Assembly: GCA_014239365.1 (NCBI GenBank)
Contig: JAAZZB010000049.1
Span: 32,641-96,640 of the forward strand
Length of the DNA stretch: 64,000 nucleotides
DNA from: Verrucomicrobiia bacterium
GTDB taxonomy: Bacteria > Verrucomicrobiota > Verrucomicrobiia > Limisphaerales > UBA1100
Direction: 5' to 3'
Both the position numbers and the translations under genes were made by a program. Positions within the stretch are counted from its first letter, which is position 1. Every line of letters starts with the position of its first letter. Positions 45,909 through 54,993 of the stretch are shown piece by piece. Below the pieces are notes generated by a model. That model made no database searches and was not told the origin of the DNA. It saw only the letters and a program-made list of their open reading frames with translations.

Positions 45909-46131
45909 AAAAAACCACCGGCCCGTTCATCACGCCGCACTCCGGGCACCGCGAGCGTTCCACATCATCGTCATCGGTATAAACGTACTCGCAATCTTCG
46001 CAGCTGAACACGTTGTCGCGATTCGGATCCGGCACGAAATCCAATCCCCGCTGGCGGGCATAAAATGCAACTGCCGCCCAACCGCCGAGCAGCACAAACA
46101 GGAACAGGAAAATGGAATCGGATGCACTCAT
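45907..46131 (-). CDS. small membrane-anchored zinc-ribbon protein
   Basis: 74 aa from the internal Met. It has one TM helix (IFLFLFVLLGGWAAVAFY), then CEDC...17 aa...CPEC. Its ATG overlaps the upstream stop (ATGA). Confidence 0.45.
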   Translation of the reverse strand: MSASDSIFLFLFVLLGGWAAVAFYARQRGLDFVPDPNRDNVFSCEDCEYVYTDDDDVERSRCPECGVMNGPVVF

Positions 46132-46922
46132 TCGCGGCGCGGTTCCTCCACAAGATTGGTGACGGTCAATGGATTGGTGTGCCAATGAAAAATCAAATCG
46201 CCCGTGGCGAAGCTGGATAGATCCAGCGGCGCAGCAGGTGCGTTCGTCGTTTTTACAAACTGAATCGCTCGCCGCGCCAACGCGAGCGCCAGCGCATCCG
46301 CCGGCGCGTGGCCGGAGCCACCCAAGCGCACCACGCTGAACACCCGCCCGCTCGGATTCACCATCACCTGCACCCGCGTGGGCCGCAGCAGTGAAGTGTG
46401 GTTCCAAGTTTTTAATTTGGGCGGCGCGATCAAATTGCGTCCGGCCAAATCGCCCGCCACTTCCAGCCGACTTGCCTTTGGTAGATCCAGTGGCGGCACA
46501 TTCAAAACCATTATTTCCGGGTTCGGTTTGATAAACGCATTCGCGCTGTCGCCGAGGTTCGTTTTCAGAATACTGTCGATCGGGCCGGTGAGCAGATTGG
46601 TGGGATACGGAATTTCAATCTCCGGCGGCTGCCAACGATACGGCTGATGCGGCATCATTCCCGGCCGCAATGATGGGCCGGAAAACCCTCTCGGATTCGG
46701 CCGCGCAAACGCAGTCGGATCCTCCAAAGCCAATGCCTCGAGCAATCCGGCACTGTTGGTGTTCGCCAGCAAAAGGGGCGCGGGATTGGCCGACGGTTGG
46801 GGCGCGCTAGCCTTGCGCGATAGCCACCACAAGCCGGTGCCTTGCAGTGCGAAAATCACCGCCACCCACCAGCCCCAACGAAACCGCCCTGCAGAAAGCG
46901 TGCTGCCGGTGGGAGTGGTCAT
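46128..46922 (-). CDS. TonB-like energy-transducer candidate
   Basis: 264 aa with an N-terminal TM anchor, a Pro-rich middle and a C-terminus VNPSGRVFSVVRLGGSGHAPADALALALARRAIQF that resembles a TonB C-domain. It directly follows exbB-exbD with 4-nt overlaps. Confidence 0.4.
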   Translation of the reverse strand: MTTPTGSTLSAGRFRWGWWVAVIFALQGTGLWWLSRKASAPQPSANPAPLLLANTNSAGLLEALALEDPTAFARPNPRGFSGPSLRPGMMPHQPYRWQPPEIEIPYPTNLLTGPIDSILKTNLGDSANAFIKPNPEIMVLNVPPLDLPKASRLEVAGDLAGRNLIAPPKLKTWNHTSLLRPTRVQVMVNPSGRVFSVVRLGGSGHAPADALALALARRAIQFVKTTNAPAAPLDLSSFATGDLIFHWHTNPLTVTNLVEEPRRE

Positions 46923-47374
46923 TGCGATTTAGCCTTGTTGACCTTTCGGGCTTCATCGGGTTTTTCAAGCAACCCCGGCTGCGTGGCCAGCCACGTTTTG
47001 TGAATGCCCGCCGCGCGCGCGATGGCGGCCACACGGGTGATGGATTCCTGACTGGCGCGGCGGTCGGCCTGCAGCACGAGTAATAAATTGGTGCGACCCG
47101 CCGCCGCCCGCTGCAACTCGCCCGGCAAATCGTCCAACGTCACGGTCACATTGCGAAAAAATAAATTGCCCTTTCGATCCAACGCCACCACGAGCGAGCC
47201 CGAGTAGCCTTCCGGCAGTGCGCCAGCCACTTTGGGTAACTCCACCGGCACGCCGGGCGTGAGCAGCAGCGCCTTGTTTTGGATGAGATAAAACAGAAGC
47301 AAAAACATCATCGCCGCAATCGGCACCGCGCCGGGCAGTTCACAACGGAGTTGATGTTGGCGACGAAATTTCAC
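46919..47374 (-). CDS. exbD: biopolymer transport protein ExbD/TolR family
   Basis: 151 aa with a single N-terminal TM helix (PIAAMMFLLLFYLI) and a periplasmic domain of ExbD size. Operon context with the MotA/ExbB gene supports the call. Confidence 0.65.
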   Translation of the reverse strand: MKFRRQHQLRCELPGAVPIAAMMFLLLFYLIQNKALLLTPGVPVELPKVAGALPEGYSGSLVVALDRKGNLFFRNVTVTLDDLPGELQRAAAGRTNLLLVLQADRRASQESITRVAAIARAAGIHKTWLATQPGLLEKPDEARKVNKAKSQ

Positions 47375-48045
47375 GGCTGTTCAAATAAATCGGCGCCCTC
47401 AGTTGATGTAGTAGAAGCAGCAGGAGTCTCTTCGGTTTTCTTTTTGCGACGACCCGGTTTTTCCATTTCGCTGACCATTCGCAAGGCGTCGAGCGAGGTT
47501 TTTTCCATATCGAGAACAATATCACTCACCACCGTGACAAGGTGATTGTAGCCTACATAACACGGCACGCCTACCGCCAACCCGAGCGCCAACGGCATTA
47601 GCGATTGCGCAAAATGCGCGTGATGATCGGTGATCACCGCCTCGCCGGTTTTCATAAATCCGAGCACCGAGCCGAGCAGCCCGAGCAACGGCGCCACTTG
47701 CCCGAGCGTAGCCAGCACGCCGAGGCGTTGCTCGAGCCGCGCGGTTTCCATGCTGCCGGATTGTTGGAGCGCTTCCTTCACCTCCTCGCGCGGGCGGTTG
47801 TGTTGAGTGAGCACGGTCTTCACCAAACGCGCGGCGGGGCTGGGGGTGGCGTCGCAAATGTCAATCGCCTCCACCAAATTTTTCTGGCGCAGTACATTTT
47901 TCAGGCCACCGAGGAGCGCGGTGGTGTTGATCTGCACGCGATGGTACGTGAGGCGGCGCTCCACAAACACCACCACGCCCAGCGCGCTGGCGGCCAGCAA
48001 CACCCAAACCATCGAGCCTCCCTGTAGCAAAGTCACAGCAAACAT
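47371..48045 (-). CDS. exbB: MotA/TolQ/ExbB proton-channel family protein
   Basis: Start chosen at MFAVTLLQGGSMVW, which leaves an 85-bp divergent promoter region. The conserved LATLGQVAPLLGLLGSVLGF segment is present. Confidence 0.7.
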   Translation of the reverse strand: MFAVTLLQGGSMVWVLLAASALGVVVFVERRLTYHRVQINTTALLGGLKNVLRQKNLVEAIDICDATPSPAARLVKTVLTQHNRPREEVKEALQQSGSMETARLEQRLGVLATLGQVAPLLGLLGSVLGFMKTGEAVITDHHAHFAQSLMPLALGLAVGVPCYVGYNHLVTVVSDIVLDMEKTSLDALRMVSEMEKPGRRKKKTEETPAASTTSTEGADLFEQP

Positions 48046-48130
48046 AGCTGTTTGTAAATCAACCCCCCGCCCGAGGTCACGCCAATAACTTCGCCTTGCC
48101 GCCAACGCCCGCTCCGCGCCATCCTCACGC

Positions 48131-48511
48131 ATGGACCAGCCAGATCAACTCCGCGAACTGTTTCGCATGCAGAAATCTCTCAACGAACGCATCGGCGTGC
48201 AAACCGATGGCATGACCGATGAGCAGAAAACCGAATGGACCCTCAACTATTGCCGCGCGATGGGACAGGAACTTGCCGAACTCACCGACAGCGTGCCGTG
48301 GAAATGGTGGGCCAAATACCAAAAGCTCGACGAACAAAACGCACGCGTGGAAGTGGTGGATCTGTTTCACTTTCTCATCAGCCTCGCCCAAGTGCTCGGG
48401 ATGAGCGCCGATGATGTTTACGAAGCGTACCTGAAAAAGAACGAGGTCAATTTCCAACGCCAAGACAGCGGCTACACGGAAAAAGATCACGACGATTCAA
48501 AGCACATTTAA
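48131..48511 (+). CDS. dimeric dUTPase / MazG-like all-alpha NTP pyrophosphatase (dUTPase_2-like)
   Basis: 126 aa. The pattern MQKSLNERI...W.LNYCRAMGQELAEL.DS.PWKWW...NARVEVVDLFHFLISLA fits my recollection of the dimeric dUTPase family. Confidence 0.55.
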   Translation: MDQPDQLRELFRMQKSLNERIGVQTDGMTDEQKTEWTLNYCRAMGQELAELTDSVPWKWWAKYQKLDEQNARVEVVDLFHFLISLAQVLGMSADDVYEAYLKKNEVNFQRQDSGYTEKDHDDSKHI

Positions 48512-48522
48512 TCTCAATTAAT

Positions 48523-49092
48523 ATGGCCGCCACACCGCCACCGGAGCATTTGCGCGATGAAGTGGAAAGCGTGCTCATCGGCGAAGCCGAAATCGCCGCG
48601 CGCGTACGTGAACTTGCCGCCGACATTGAGCGCGACTTTGCCGGCAAAGATTTGCTCGTCGTCGCGTTGCTCACTGGCACCGTCCCCTTTCTCGCCGACC
48701 TCATCCGCCACATCGCGCTGCCCATGCGGCTGGATTTTATGGGCGTCTCCAGCTACGGCAGCAGCACCGCGCCGGGCGAATTGGTCTTCACCAAAGAACT
48801 CCGGCTCGAAGCGCGCGACCGCGATGTGCTACTCGTCGATGACATCCTCGACACCGGAAAAACCCTCCGCGCCGTCATCGACAAACTTAACGCCCTCCAA
48901 CCGCGCAGCCTCAAAACCTGCGTGTTGCTCGAAAAAAAATCCCGACGCACCGAAGCCATCCCCGCCGATTACATCGGATTCGAAGTCCCCGACGAATTCG
49001 TCATCGGCTACGGCCTCGACTACGCCGAGCGGTATCGCAACCTGCCGTTTATCGGCGTACTTAAGGAGTCAGCAGTAAGCGGTGAGCAGTGA
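48523..49092 (+). CDS. hpt: hypoxanthine phosphoribosyltransferase
   Basis: PRPP-binding loop VLLVDDILDTGKTL and the C-terminal FVIGYGLDYAERYRNLPFIGVL are present. Confidence 0.9.
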   Translation: MAATPPPEHLRDEVESVLIGEAEIAARVRELAADIERDFAGKDLLVVALLTGTVPFLADLIRHIALPMRLDFMGVSSYGSSTAPGELVFTKELRLEARDRDVLLVDDILDTGKTLRAVIDKLNALQPRSLKTCVLLEKKSRRTEAIPADYIGFEVPDEFVIGYGLDYAERYRNLPFIGVLKESAVSGEQ

Positions 49093-49101
49093 GCAGTTGT
49101 T

Positions 49102-49467
49102 ATGCAATCGAAACCTCATAAAAATTTGTTGTGCTGGCAGAAGGGGATGGATTTGGTGGTTTTGCTGTATCGATTGACCGCCTCTTTTCCAAAGGAGGAG
49201 CGGTTTGGTTTAACTTCTCAGATTCGGCGGGCGGCAGTTTCCGTTCCCGCAAATATTAGCGAAGGAGCTGCGGATCGTTCAACTGGTCAATTTACAAATT
49301 ATCTTGGAATCGCAATTGGCTCACTAAACGAGCTATCCACTTTAGTTGAAATTTCTCATCGCGTGGGACTTTTATCCGACGCTGACCAAGACACCGCCCA
49401 AAAACAAATCGACGAATGCCTCGCCCTCACTTTTGGCCTCAAGAAAAGTGTCCAAAAACAAAAATGA
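49102..49467 (+). CDS. four-helix-bundle protein (23S rRNA intervening-sequence protein / Avd-like family)
   Basis: 121 aa. LLCWQKGMDLVVLLYRLTASFPKEERFGLTSQIRRAAVSVPANISEG...GSLNEL is the family signature. It looks lower in GC than its neighbours (by eye, not counted) and is flanked by inverted repeats. Confidence 0.8.
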   Translation: MQSKPHKNLLCWQKGMDLVVLLYRLTASFPKEERFGLTSQIRRAAVSVPANISEGAADRSTGQFTNYLGIAIGSLNELSTLVEISHRVGLLSDADQDTAQKQIDECLALTFGLKKSVQKQK

Positions 49468-49513
49468 TTTCCGATTCCAAATTCTGCTCACCGCTCACTG
49501 CTCACCGCTCACG

Positions 49514-49759
49514 ATGAGAGTAACTGTTAAATTCTGGTCGTACTTTCGTAACTTAACTGAGTGCGATGAAACTTCACTCGAAGTTAACAAAGATGAAACA
49601 CTCGGTAATGTGCACGCGGCGGTGATGGAAAAATTTCCCAAGCTCGCCGAAATGAAGAACAGCACGCTCAAAGCCGTGGGTGTGGATTATCAAACGGATG
49701 AATTTGTGTTGAGCGATGGCGATGAAGTTTCGCTGTTCCCTCCGGTGCAAGGCGGATGA
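49514..49759 (+). CDS. moaD: molybdopterin synthase sulfur-carrier subunit MoaD
   Basis: 81 aa with a ubiquitin-like size and C-terminal DEVSLFPPVQGG (Gly-Gly end). moaE follows. Confidence 0.75.
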   Translation: MRVTVKFWSYFRNLTECDETSLEVNKDETLGNVHAAVMEKFPKLAEMKNSTLKAVGVDYQTDEFVLSDGDEVSLFPPVQGG

Positions 49760-49781
49760 AAAATTTCAACGCGACCCAATA

Positions 49782-49835
49782 GGTAGGGCGTGCTCTCCGA
49801 GCGCGCCAAGGCGGTTTCGGAGAAACCGCCCTACC
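49782..49835. repeat. REP-like palindrome between moaD and moaE
   Basis: GGTAGGGCGTGCTCTCCGAGCGCGCCAAGGCGGTTTCGGAGAAACCGCCCTACC, with inner perfect hairpin GGCGGTTTC-GGA-GAAACCGCC. It belongs to the same family as 7245-7298. Confidence 0.65.
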
Positions 49836-49850
49836 CGACCAAGGTGGAAA

Positions 49851-50228
49851 ATGAAAACCCAACTCACCCTCACCCCCAACCCTATCCCCGAAACTCCACC
49901 ATCGACGACCGATGGCATGGGCGCGGTGGTGACGTTCCACGGCGTGGTGCGCGGTACGGAAGATGGCGAACCTATCCGCGCCATCGACTACGAAGCGAAC
50001 GAGGCGATGGCGCGCCATCAGTTTGAATTAATTTTTGCAGCCATCGAAAACCAATGGCCGGTGGAATCCATCCGCCTCATCCATCGCGTCGGCGAGGTGA
50101 TGGTAAATGAAGCATCGCTGCAAGTGGAAGTCATCGCCCCCCACCGAGCCGAGGCCTTCGCGGCTTGCCAGTTTTTGATTGATGAAATGAAAGCGAAAGT
50201 GCCGATTTGGAAAAGGGCGGTTTTTTAG
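49851..50228 (+). CDS. moaE: molybdopterin synthase catalytic subunit MoaE
   Basis: 125 aa from ATG 49851, preceded by AAGGTGGA. GAVVTFHGVVRG...IDYEA...MA and the C-terminal KAKVPIWKR are MoaE hallmarks. Confidence 0.85.
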   Translation: MKTQLTLTPNPIPETPPSTTDGMGAVVTFHGVVRGTEDGEPIRAIDYEANEAMARHQFELIFAAIENQWPVESIRLIHRVGEVMVNEASLQVEVIAPHRAEAFAACQFLIDEMKAKVPIWKRAVF

Positions 50229-50290
50229 ACACGGATTTCACGGATTCACACAGATTTTTTAATCCGTGAAAATCAGTGAAATCCGTGTCT
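50227..50290. terminator. bidirectional hairpin between convergent moaE and xth (family E palindrome)
   Basis: AGACACGGATTTCAC...GTGAAATCCGTGTCT is a perfect 15-bp outer stem. An inner TCACGGATT/AATCCGTGA stem and T-runs on both sides are present. Confidence 0.6.
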
Positions 50291-51043
50291 TTATTTTAAC
50301 TCCACCCCCACCGGACAATGATCCGAACCCATCACCTCGGGCAAAATAAATGCCTTTTTCAATCGCGGTCGCAGGCTTTTTGAAATTAAAAAATAATCAA
50401 TCCGCCAACCAATGTTTCGGCCGCGAGCGTTAAGGCGGTTGCTCCACCACGTGTAATGGCCGCCGCCGGATTCGAATTCGCGAAAGGTATCAATGAAACC
50501 CGCTGCCACAAACGCGTCAAACCCGCCGCGTTCTTCCTCCGTGAAACCGGCGTTCTTTTTGTTGGCCTTGAAATTTTTCAAATCGATTTCTTTATGCGAC
50601 ACATTGAGGTCGCCACAAAAAATCACCGGCTTGCGGCGTTCGAGTTTTTTTAAGTATGCGAGAAAATCGCGATCCCATTGCTGGCGGTACGGCAGCCGCG
50701 CGAGGGTGCGCTGCGCGTTGGGGACGTAGACGTTTACCAAAAAGAAATCGTCGTGCTCGGTGGTCAACACGCGGCCTTCGTGATCGTGTTCGGCAATGCC
50801 GATGCCGCGCGTGATGTTGTTGGGCGGCGTTTTGGTGAAGGTGATTACGCCGGAATAGCCTTTTTTCTCGGCAGGATTCCAATGCGGCTCATACGCTTTT
50901 GGCCAATCGGGATCTACTTGTTCGGGCAGCGCGCGGCTTTCCTGAACGCAAAGGATATCCGGCCGGGCTTTGCGGAGCCAATCGGCGAAGCCTTTTTTCT
51001 GCGCGGCGCGCAGGCCGTTGACGTTCCACGAGAGGATTTTCAC
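50291..51043 (-). CDS. xth: exodeoxyribonuclease III
   Basis: Start chosen at GTG (VKILSWNVNGLRAA), overlapping the purU stop by 1 nt. DILCVQE and the C-terminal SDHCPV are ExoIII/AP-endonuclease motifs. Confidence 0.9.
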   Translation of the reverse strand: MKILSWNVNGLRAAQKKGFADWLRKARPDILCVQESRALPEQVDPDWPKAYEPHWNPAEKKGYSGVITFTKTPPNNITRGIGIAEHDHEGRVLTTEHDDFFLVNVYVPNAQRTLARLPYRQQWDRDFLAYLKKLERRKPVIFCGDLNVSHKEIDLKNFKANKKNAGFTEEERGGFDAFVAAGFIDTFREFESGGGHYTWWSNRLNARGRNIGWRIDYFLISKSLRPRLKKAFILPEVMGSDHCPVGVELK

Positions 51044-51891
51044 TAGACTTCTTTCACCACGCCCCAATGCACGTCGAGGCGTTTGGTGAGATAAATTTTC
51101 ACGGCTTTCACCAACGTCTTGGCTTCGCATTGTTGACCGGCGGCAACGATTTGTTTGAGGGTCATGCCGGATTTGATGGGGAAACTTTCCTGCGCGATGA
51201 CTGGGCCTTCATCGAGCTGCATGCTCACGAAATGCGCGGTGACGCCGGCGATTTTCACGCCGTGCTCGTACGCCTGCCGATACGCCTGCGGGCCGGGGAA
51301 ACTCGGCAGCAATGAGGGATGGATGTTGATGATTTTATTTTTGTAACGCCACACGAAATCGGGTGACAAAATTTTCATGAACCGCGCGAGCACCACGAAA
51401 TCCACTTCGTGCGTTTCCAAAACACGCAGCGCTTTTTTCTCAGCACGCGCGCGATCGTTCCACGGGATGTGCACGAAAGGTAGTTTGTGTTGATGCGCCA
51501 ACGTCTTGAGCTCGGGGCGATTGCCGAGCATCACCACCGGCTCGGCTTGGTTGAGCTGGCCTTTTTGGAACGCTCCAAGCAACGCCTCCGGACACGCCGA
51601 CTCGCGCGTGACCATCAGCGCCATCCGTTGTTTGCGGCCCGGCTCAGTGAGGCGCAGGCGCATTTCCATTCCCAATTCTTTGCCAAGCGCTTTGAGGCCG
51701 CGCTTGAGGGCGGCGGGTTTCAATTGCCCATCGCGCCACGAGGCTTGGATGACCATGCTGAATTGCCCGCGCGTGACCGCCTCTTCCAAGGCCTCGATAT
51801 TCGCCTTTTGTTCAAAAAGAAAATTTGTGACCCGCGCAATCACACCGGTCTTGTCCCGGCCAATGACAGTGATGGTGGCGTAACGCTGCAT
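51043..51891 (-). CDS. purU: formyltetrahydrofolate deformylase
   Basis: Start chosen at MQRYATITVIGRDKTGVIARVTNFL (ACT domain). A formyltransferase core with IINIHPSLLPSFPG follows. Confidence 0.85.
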   Translation of the reverse strand: MQRYATITVIGRDKTGVIARVTNFLFEQKANIEALEEAVTRGQFSMVIQASWRDGQLKPAALKRGLKALGKELGMEMRLRLTEPGRKQRMALMVTRESACPEALLGAFQKGQLNQAEPVVMLGNRPELKTLAHQHKLPFVHIPWNDRARAEKKALRVLETHEVDFVVLARFMKILSPDFVWRYKNKIINIHPSLLPSFPGPQAYRQAYEHGVKIAGVTAHFVSMQLDEGPVIAQESFPIKSGMTLKQIVAAGQQCEAKTLVKAVKIYLTKRLDVHWGVVKEV

Positions 51892-52003
51892 GCGCGGGAG
51901 CAAAACAAACCCCCGCGCGCAACGCAACCCTTTCGCACCCGACCGTACGCTCACGTACAATTGAGCTTGTTTTTAGCAACTGTAATTGTCATAAATCGCG
52001 GCC

Positions 52004-53818
52004 ATGAGTGCCGACTCTGCTTCTGGTTCCGAACCCAAACTGAAACTCACACGCACGCAATGGCTGATTTGCTTCATCGCGACTCTGGGGTTTCTGTTCG
52101 ATATTTACGAACTCCTGATGCTGCCGCTGATCGGCAAAGATGCGCTGATGGATTTGGCGAACGTGCGGCCGGGCACACCGGAGTTCACGCATTGGTTTCG
52201 AATCATCTTTTTTGTGCCGGCCATTTGCGGCGGTATTTTTGGTTTGCTCGGCGGTTATTTGACCGACCTGTTTGGCCGACGCCGCGTGCTGACTTACAGT
52301 ATTTTACTTTATGCGGTGGCGGCATTTTGCGCGGGGTTTTCTACCACGATGTATCAACTGCTCTTTTTTCGGTGCCTCGTGTTCATCGGCGTGTGCGTGG
52401 AATTTGTCGCGGCGGTGGCTTGGTTGTCGGAATTATTTCCGGACCGCGTCCAACGCGAAAAAGTATTGGGCTACACCCAAGCCTTCTCCTCGGTGGGCGG
52501 CCTCACGGTGGCCATCGTGTATGGCTACCTTTCGCAAATCGCCAGCACCGGCGGCGGGTTACCGGTGATGCCGGATTGGTTTGCCGGCGTGCTTGGTAAT
52601 ATTTCCGGCGATAGCGACACCGCCGTTTGGCGTTACACGTTGATGAGCGGATTGATCCCCGCCATCCCGCTCATTATCATCCGCCCATTCCTGCCGGAAT
52701 CGCCCCAATGGCAAAAGAAAAAGGACGCCGGTAAACTCAAGCGCCCGAGCCTGGGCGAATTGTTCGCGCCGCAATTCAAACGGGTTACCATCATCATCAC
52801 ACTGCTATTTGCTCTGGCCTATGGCGGGGCGTTTGGCGCATTGCAACATATGCGACTCATCCTGCCCAAAGCACCCGAGGTGGCTGCCGATTCCAATGCC
52901 GCCAAAGAAAAAGCTGTGGCTGCCGCCAAGGCCGGGAATAAGAATAAAAAGGAAACCACCATCGCCGGCAAACAAGCGTTCAAAGCAGCCGAAGGCGTGC
53001 ACGTGGCGCACGTCACCAAAGTGCAGGAAATCGGCGGGCTCTTTGGACGGGCGTTGATGGCGATGGTGATGGTGGTCGTCGTAGCGCGCGGCACGGCCAA
53101 TATTTTGCCCTTTGTGGGTTGGACCGTTTTGGCGGTATTTTTAATCTACGAATCGTTGATGGGCTTTGGCCTGAAATTCTCCGACCCCTCCAATCCGAAT
53201 GCCAGCGTGCTCACCGCGCATTTGATGTGCCTCGGCAAAGGCATTCTGTTCGGCGGCATCCTCGGCATCCCCGTTTGGTGGCTCACCACCCGACTCACGA
53301 ATTATCTCAAAGACGCTCCGTGCCGATCCGTCCTGCGCGCTGTCCAATTGCCTGGGATATTCTTAATGCCCCTCATCTTTGGCTTTCTCATTGCCAACAG
53401 CCTTTCCACCGCGTACATCGGCGTCTTCATTGCCGGACTGCTTGTCATCGGGCAATTCACATTTTGGGGCAATATGCTGCCGCGCTATTTCCCCGTGCAC
53501 TTACGCGGCACGGGCGAAAGCTTCGCCGCCAACATCGGCGGCCGCCTCATCGGCACCAGCTTTGCCTTCCTGGTTTTCACCGTCACTGATCAACGCTGGC
53601 AGGGCATCTTCCCTGAGTCCCTCCACGGCCCGGATGGCTTTGCAATGCGCGTAGCGTACACCACTGCTGCGATTGGATTTTTCGTCTTCGCCCTCGGCTG
53701 GTTCATCGCCGGCAAACTCCCCGACCCCCAATACAGCGATCACGAAAGCGAAAATGACGATGACCCAAAACCCATCCCCACTGAGGACGAAGAAGAAACC
53801 ACCGCACCCAAGGATTAG
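52004..53818 (+). CDS. MFS transporter
   Basis: 604 aa and polytopic. MFS motif A GGYLTDLFGRRRVL is present. It has a large central hydrophilic loop and an acidic C-terminal tail. Confidence 0.75.
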   Translation: MSADSASGSEPKLKLTRTQWLICFIATLGFLFDIYELLMLPLIGKDALMDLANVRPGTPEFTHWFRIIFFVPAICGGIFGLLGGYLTDLFGRRRVLTYSILLYAVAAFCAGFSTTMYQLLFFRCLVFIGVCVEFVAAVAWLSELFPDRVQREKVLGYTQAFSSVGGLTVAIVYGYLSQIASTGGGLPVMPDWFAGVLGNISGDSDTAVWRYTLMSGLIPAIPLIIIRPFLPESPQWQKKKDAGKLKRPSLGELFAPQFKRVTIIITLLFALAYGGAFGALQHMRLILPKAPEVAADSNAAKEKAVAAAKAGNKNKKETTIAGKQAFKAAEGVHVAHVTKVQEIGGLFGRALMAMVMVVVVARGTANILPFVGWTVLAVFLIYESLMGFGLKFSDPSNPNASVLTAHLMCLGKGILFGGILGIPVWWLTTRLTNYLKDAPCRSVLRAVQLPGIFLMPLIFGFLIANSLSTAYIGVFIAGLLVIGQFTFWGNMLPRYFPVHLRGTGESFAANIGGRLIGTSFAFLVFTVTDQRWQGIFPESLHGPDGFAMRVAYTTAAIGFFVFALGWFIAGKLPDPQYSDHESENDDDPKPIPTEDEEETTAPKD

Positions 53819-53832
53819 TGAAATGCTAATTC

Positions 53833-53882
53833 GGTAGGGACGCGCTGTGCGCGTCCGTGGACTCGCGCAGCGTGTCCCTACC
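53833..53882. repeat. REP-like palindrome (GGTAGGGACGCG...GTCCCTACC)
   Basis: Outer arms GGTAGGGAC/GTCCCTACC with inner hairpin GGACGCGC-TGT-GCGCGTCC. A shorter relative lies at 14518-14546. Confidence 0.6.
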
Positions 53883-53899
53883 AAAACCAATCCATCCCG

Positions 53900-54928
53900 T
53901 TAGTCCATCCCCGTGAGTTGGGGGAGATCCATCTTGGTTCCGGCGATGGCGGATTGGATTCCGGCTTCTAGAATTTCCTGGGCGTCGCGGCAGTGGCCGG
54001 GGCGGCAGAGGGGTTGGAAGGCGGTGTCGTTGTCGAGGCAATGCAGGAAATGGGCGATGGGGGTTTGTAAATGTGTTGGCGACTCGGGCACGTCCACTTC
54101 TTTGCCTTCAGGATTTTTGGGAGTGGCGAGGAGGAGGCGACCGTTGCCGGGTTCGGCGAGGAGGGTGCCTTCGGTTCCATAGATTTGCGTGTGGTAGTTG
54201 GTGGCTTTATCGATTTGCGTCCAACTCGCTTCGGCAATGCTGATGGCTTTGGGGTATTGCATCAGCAACACGGCGTTGTCTTCCGCATCAAGATCGGTCT
54301 TCACCAGATTGCCGGTGACGGCGGTGACGCTGTGCGGGCGACCGAGCAGCACACGGGAAAGCACGGCGCCGTAGCAGCAATAATCCATCAACGCGCCGCC
54401 GCCGTTGCGGTTGGGGTCGTAGAGCCAATCGCAAAAATATTCGCTCGCGCCCATTTCCTTCGGGCCTTGATGCGCGGCGCGGTAGCGGACTTGCCAGACC
54501 TCGCCGATTTCGCCGGACTGCGCGAGATCGAGCGCGTGTTGCACGCCGGGCCACCACGCGATGGGCCAGTTGACCATCAACCGCTTGCCGGTGGTATCGG
54601 CGGTTTGCAGAAGTTGATCGGCCCCGGCAAGATCGGCGGCGAGGGGTTTTTCGATGAGTACGTGCCAGGCGCGTTCGAGAGCTTTCACGCCTTCCTCCGC
54701 GCCGGCGCGGTTATCGCCAAACAGGCAAACGGCATCGATCGGATCGCCCGCGGCCATCTCGGCGGAATCGGTATACGTGGCTACGCCGAACTCCTTACCA
54801 ATGCGCTCGAGCAAAGGCGGCTTCGTGCTGGCGGCGGCGACCAATTCCACGTGTTCGTTGGCCGCCATATCCGGCAGCAAATCCCACACGTGATCGTGCG
54901 ACAACCCAATGAGCCCCATGCGTATCAT
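53900..54928 (-). CDS. Gfo/Idh/MocA family oxidoreductase
   Basis: N-terminal Rossmann region IRMGLIGLSHDHVW and the EKPLA motif (VLIEKPLAAD) are present. Confidence 0.8.
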   Translation of the reverse strand: MIRMGLIGLSHDHVWDLLPDMAANEHVELVAAASTKPPLLERIGKEFGVATYTDSAEMAAGDPIDAVCLFGDNRAGAEEGVKALERAWHVLIEKPLAADLAGADQLLQTADTTGKRLMVNWPIAWWPGVQHALDLAQSGEIGEVWQVRYRAAHQGPKEMGASEYFCDWLYDPNRNGGGALMDYCCYGAVLSRVLLGRPHSVTAVTGNLVKTDLDAEDNAVLLMQYPKAISIAEASWTQIDKATNYHTQIYGTEGTLLAEPGNGRLLLATPKNPEGKEVDVPESPTHLQTPIAHFLHCLDNDTAFQPLCRPGHCRDAQEILEAGIQSAIAGTKMDLPQLTGMD

Positions 54929-54993
54929 CCGGGCAAAGTGTGGAGCGAACTGGGGAGAGGCTCAACCTTTTCTTGTAAAATAGAATCCAACCG

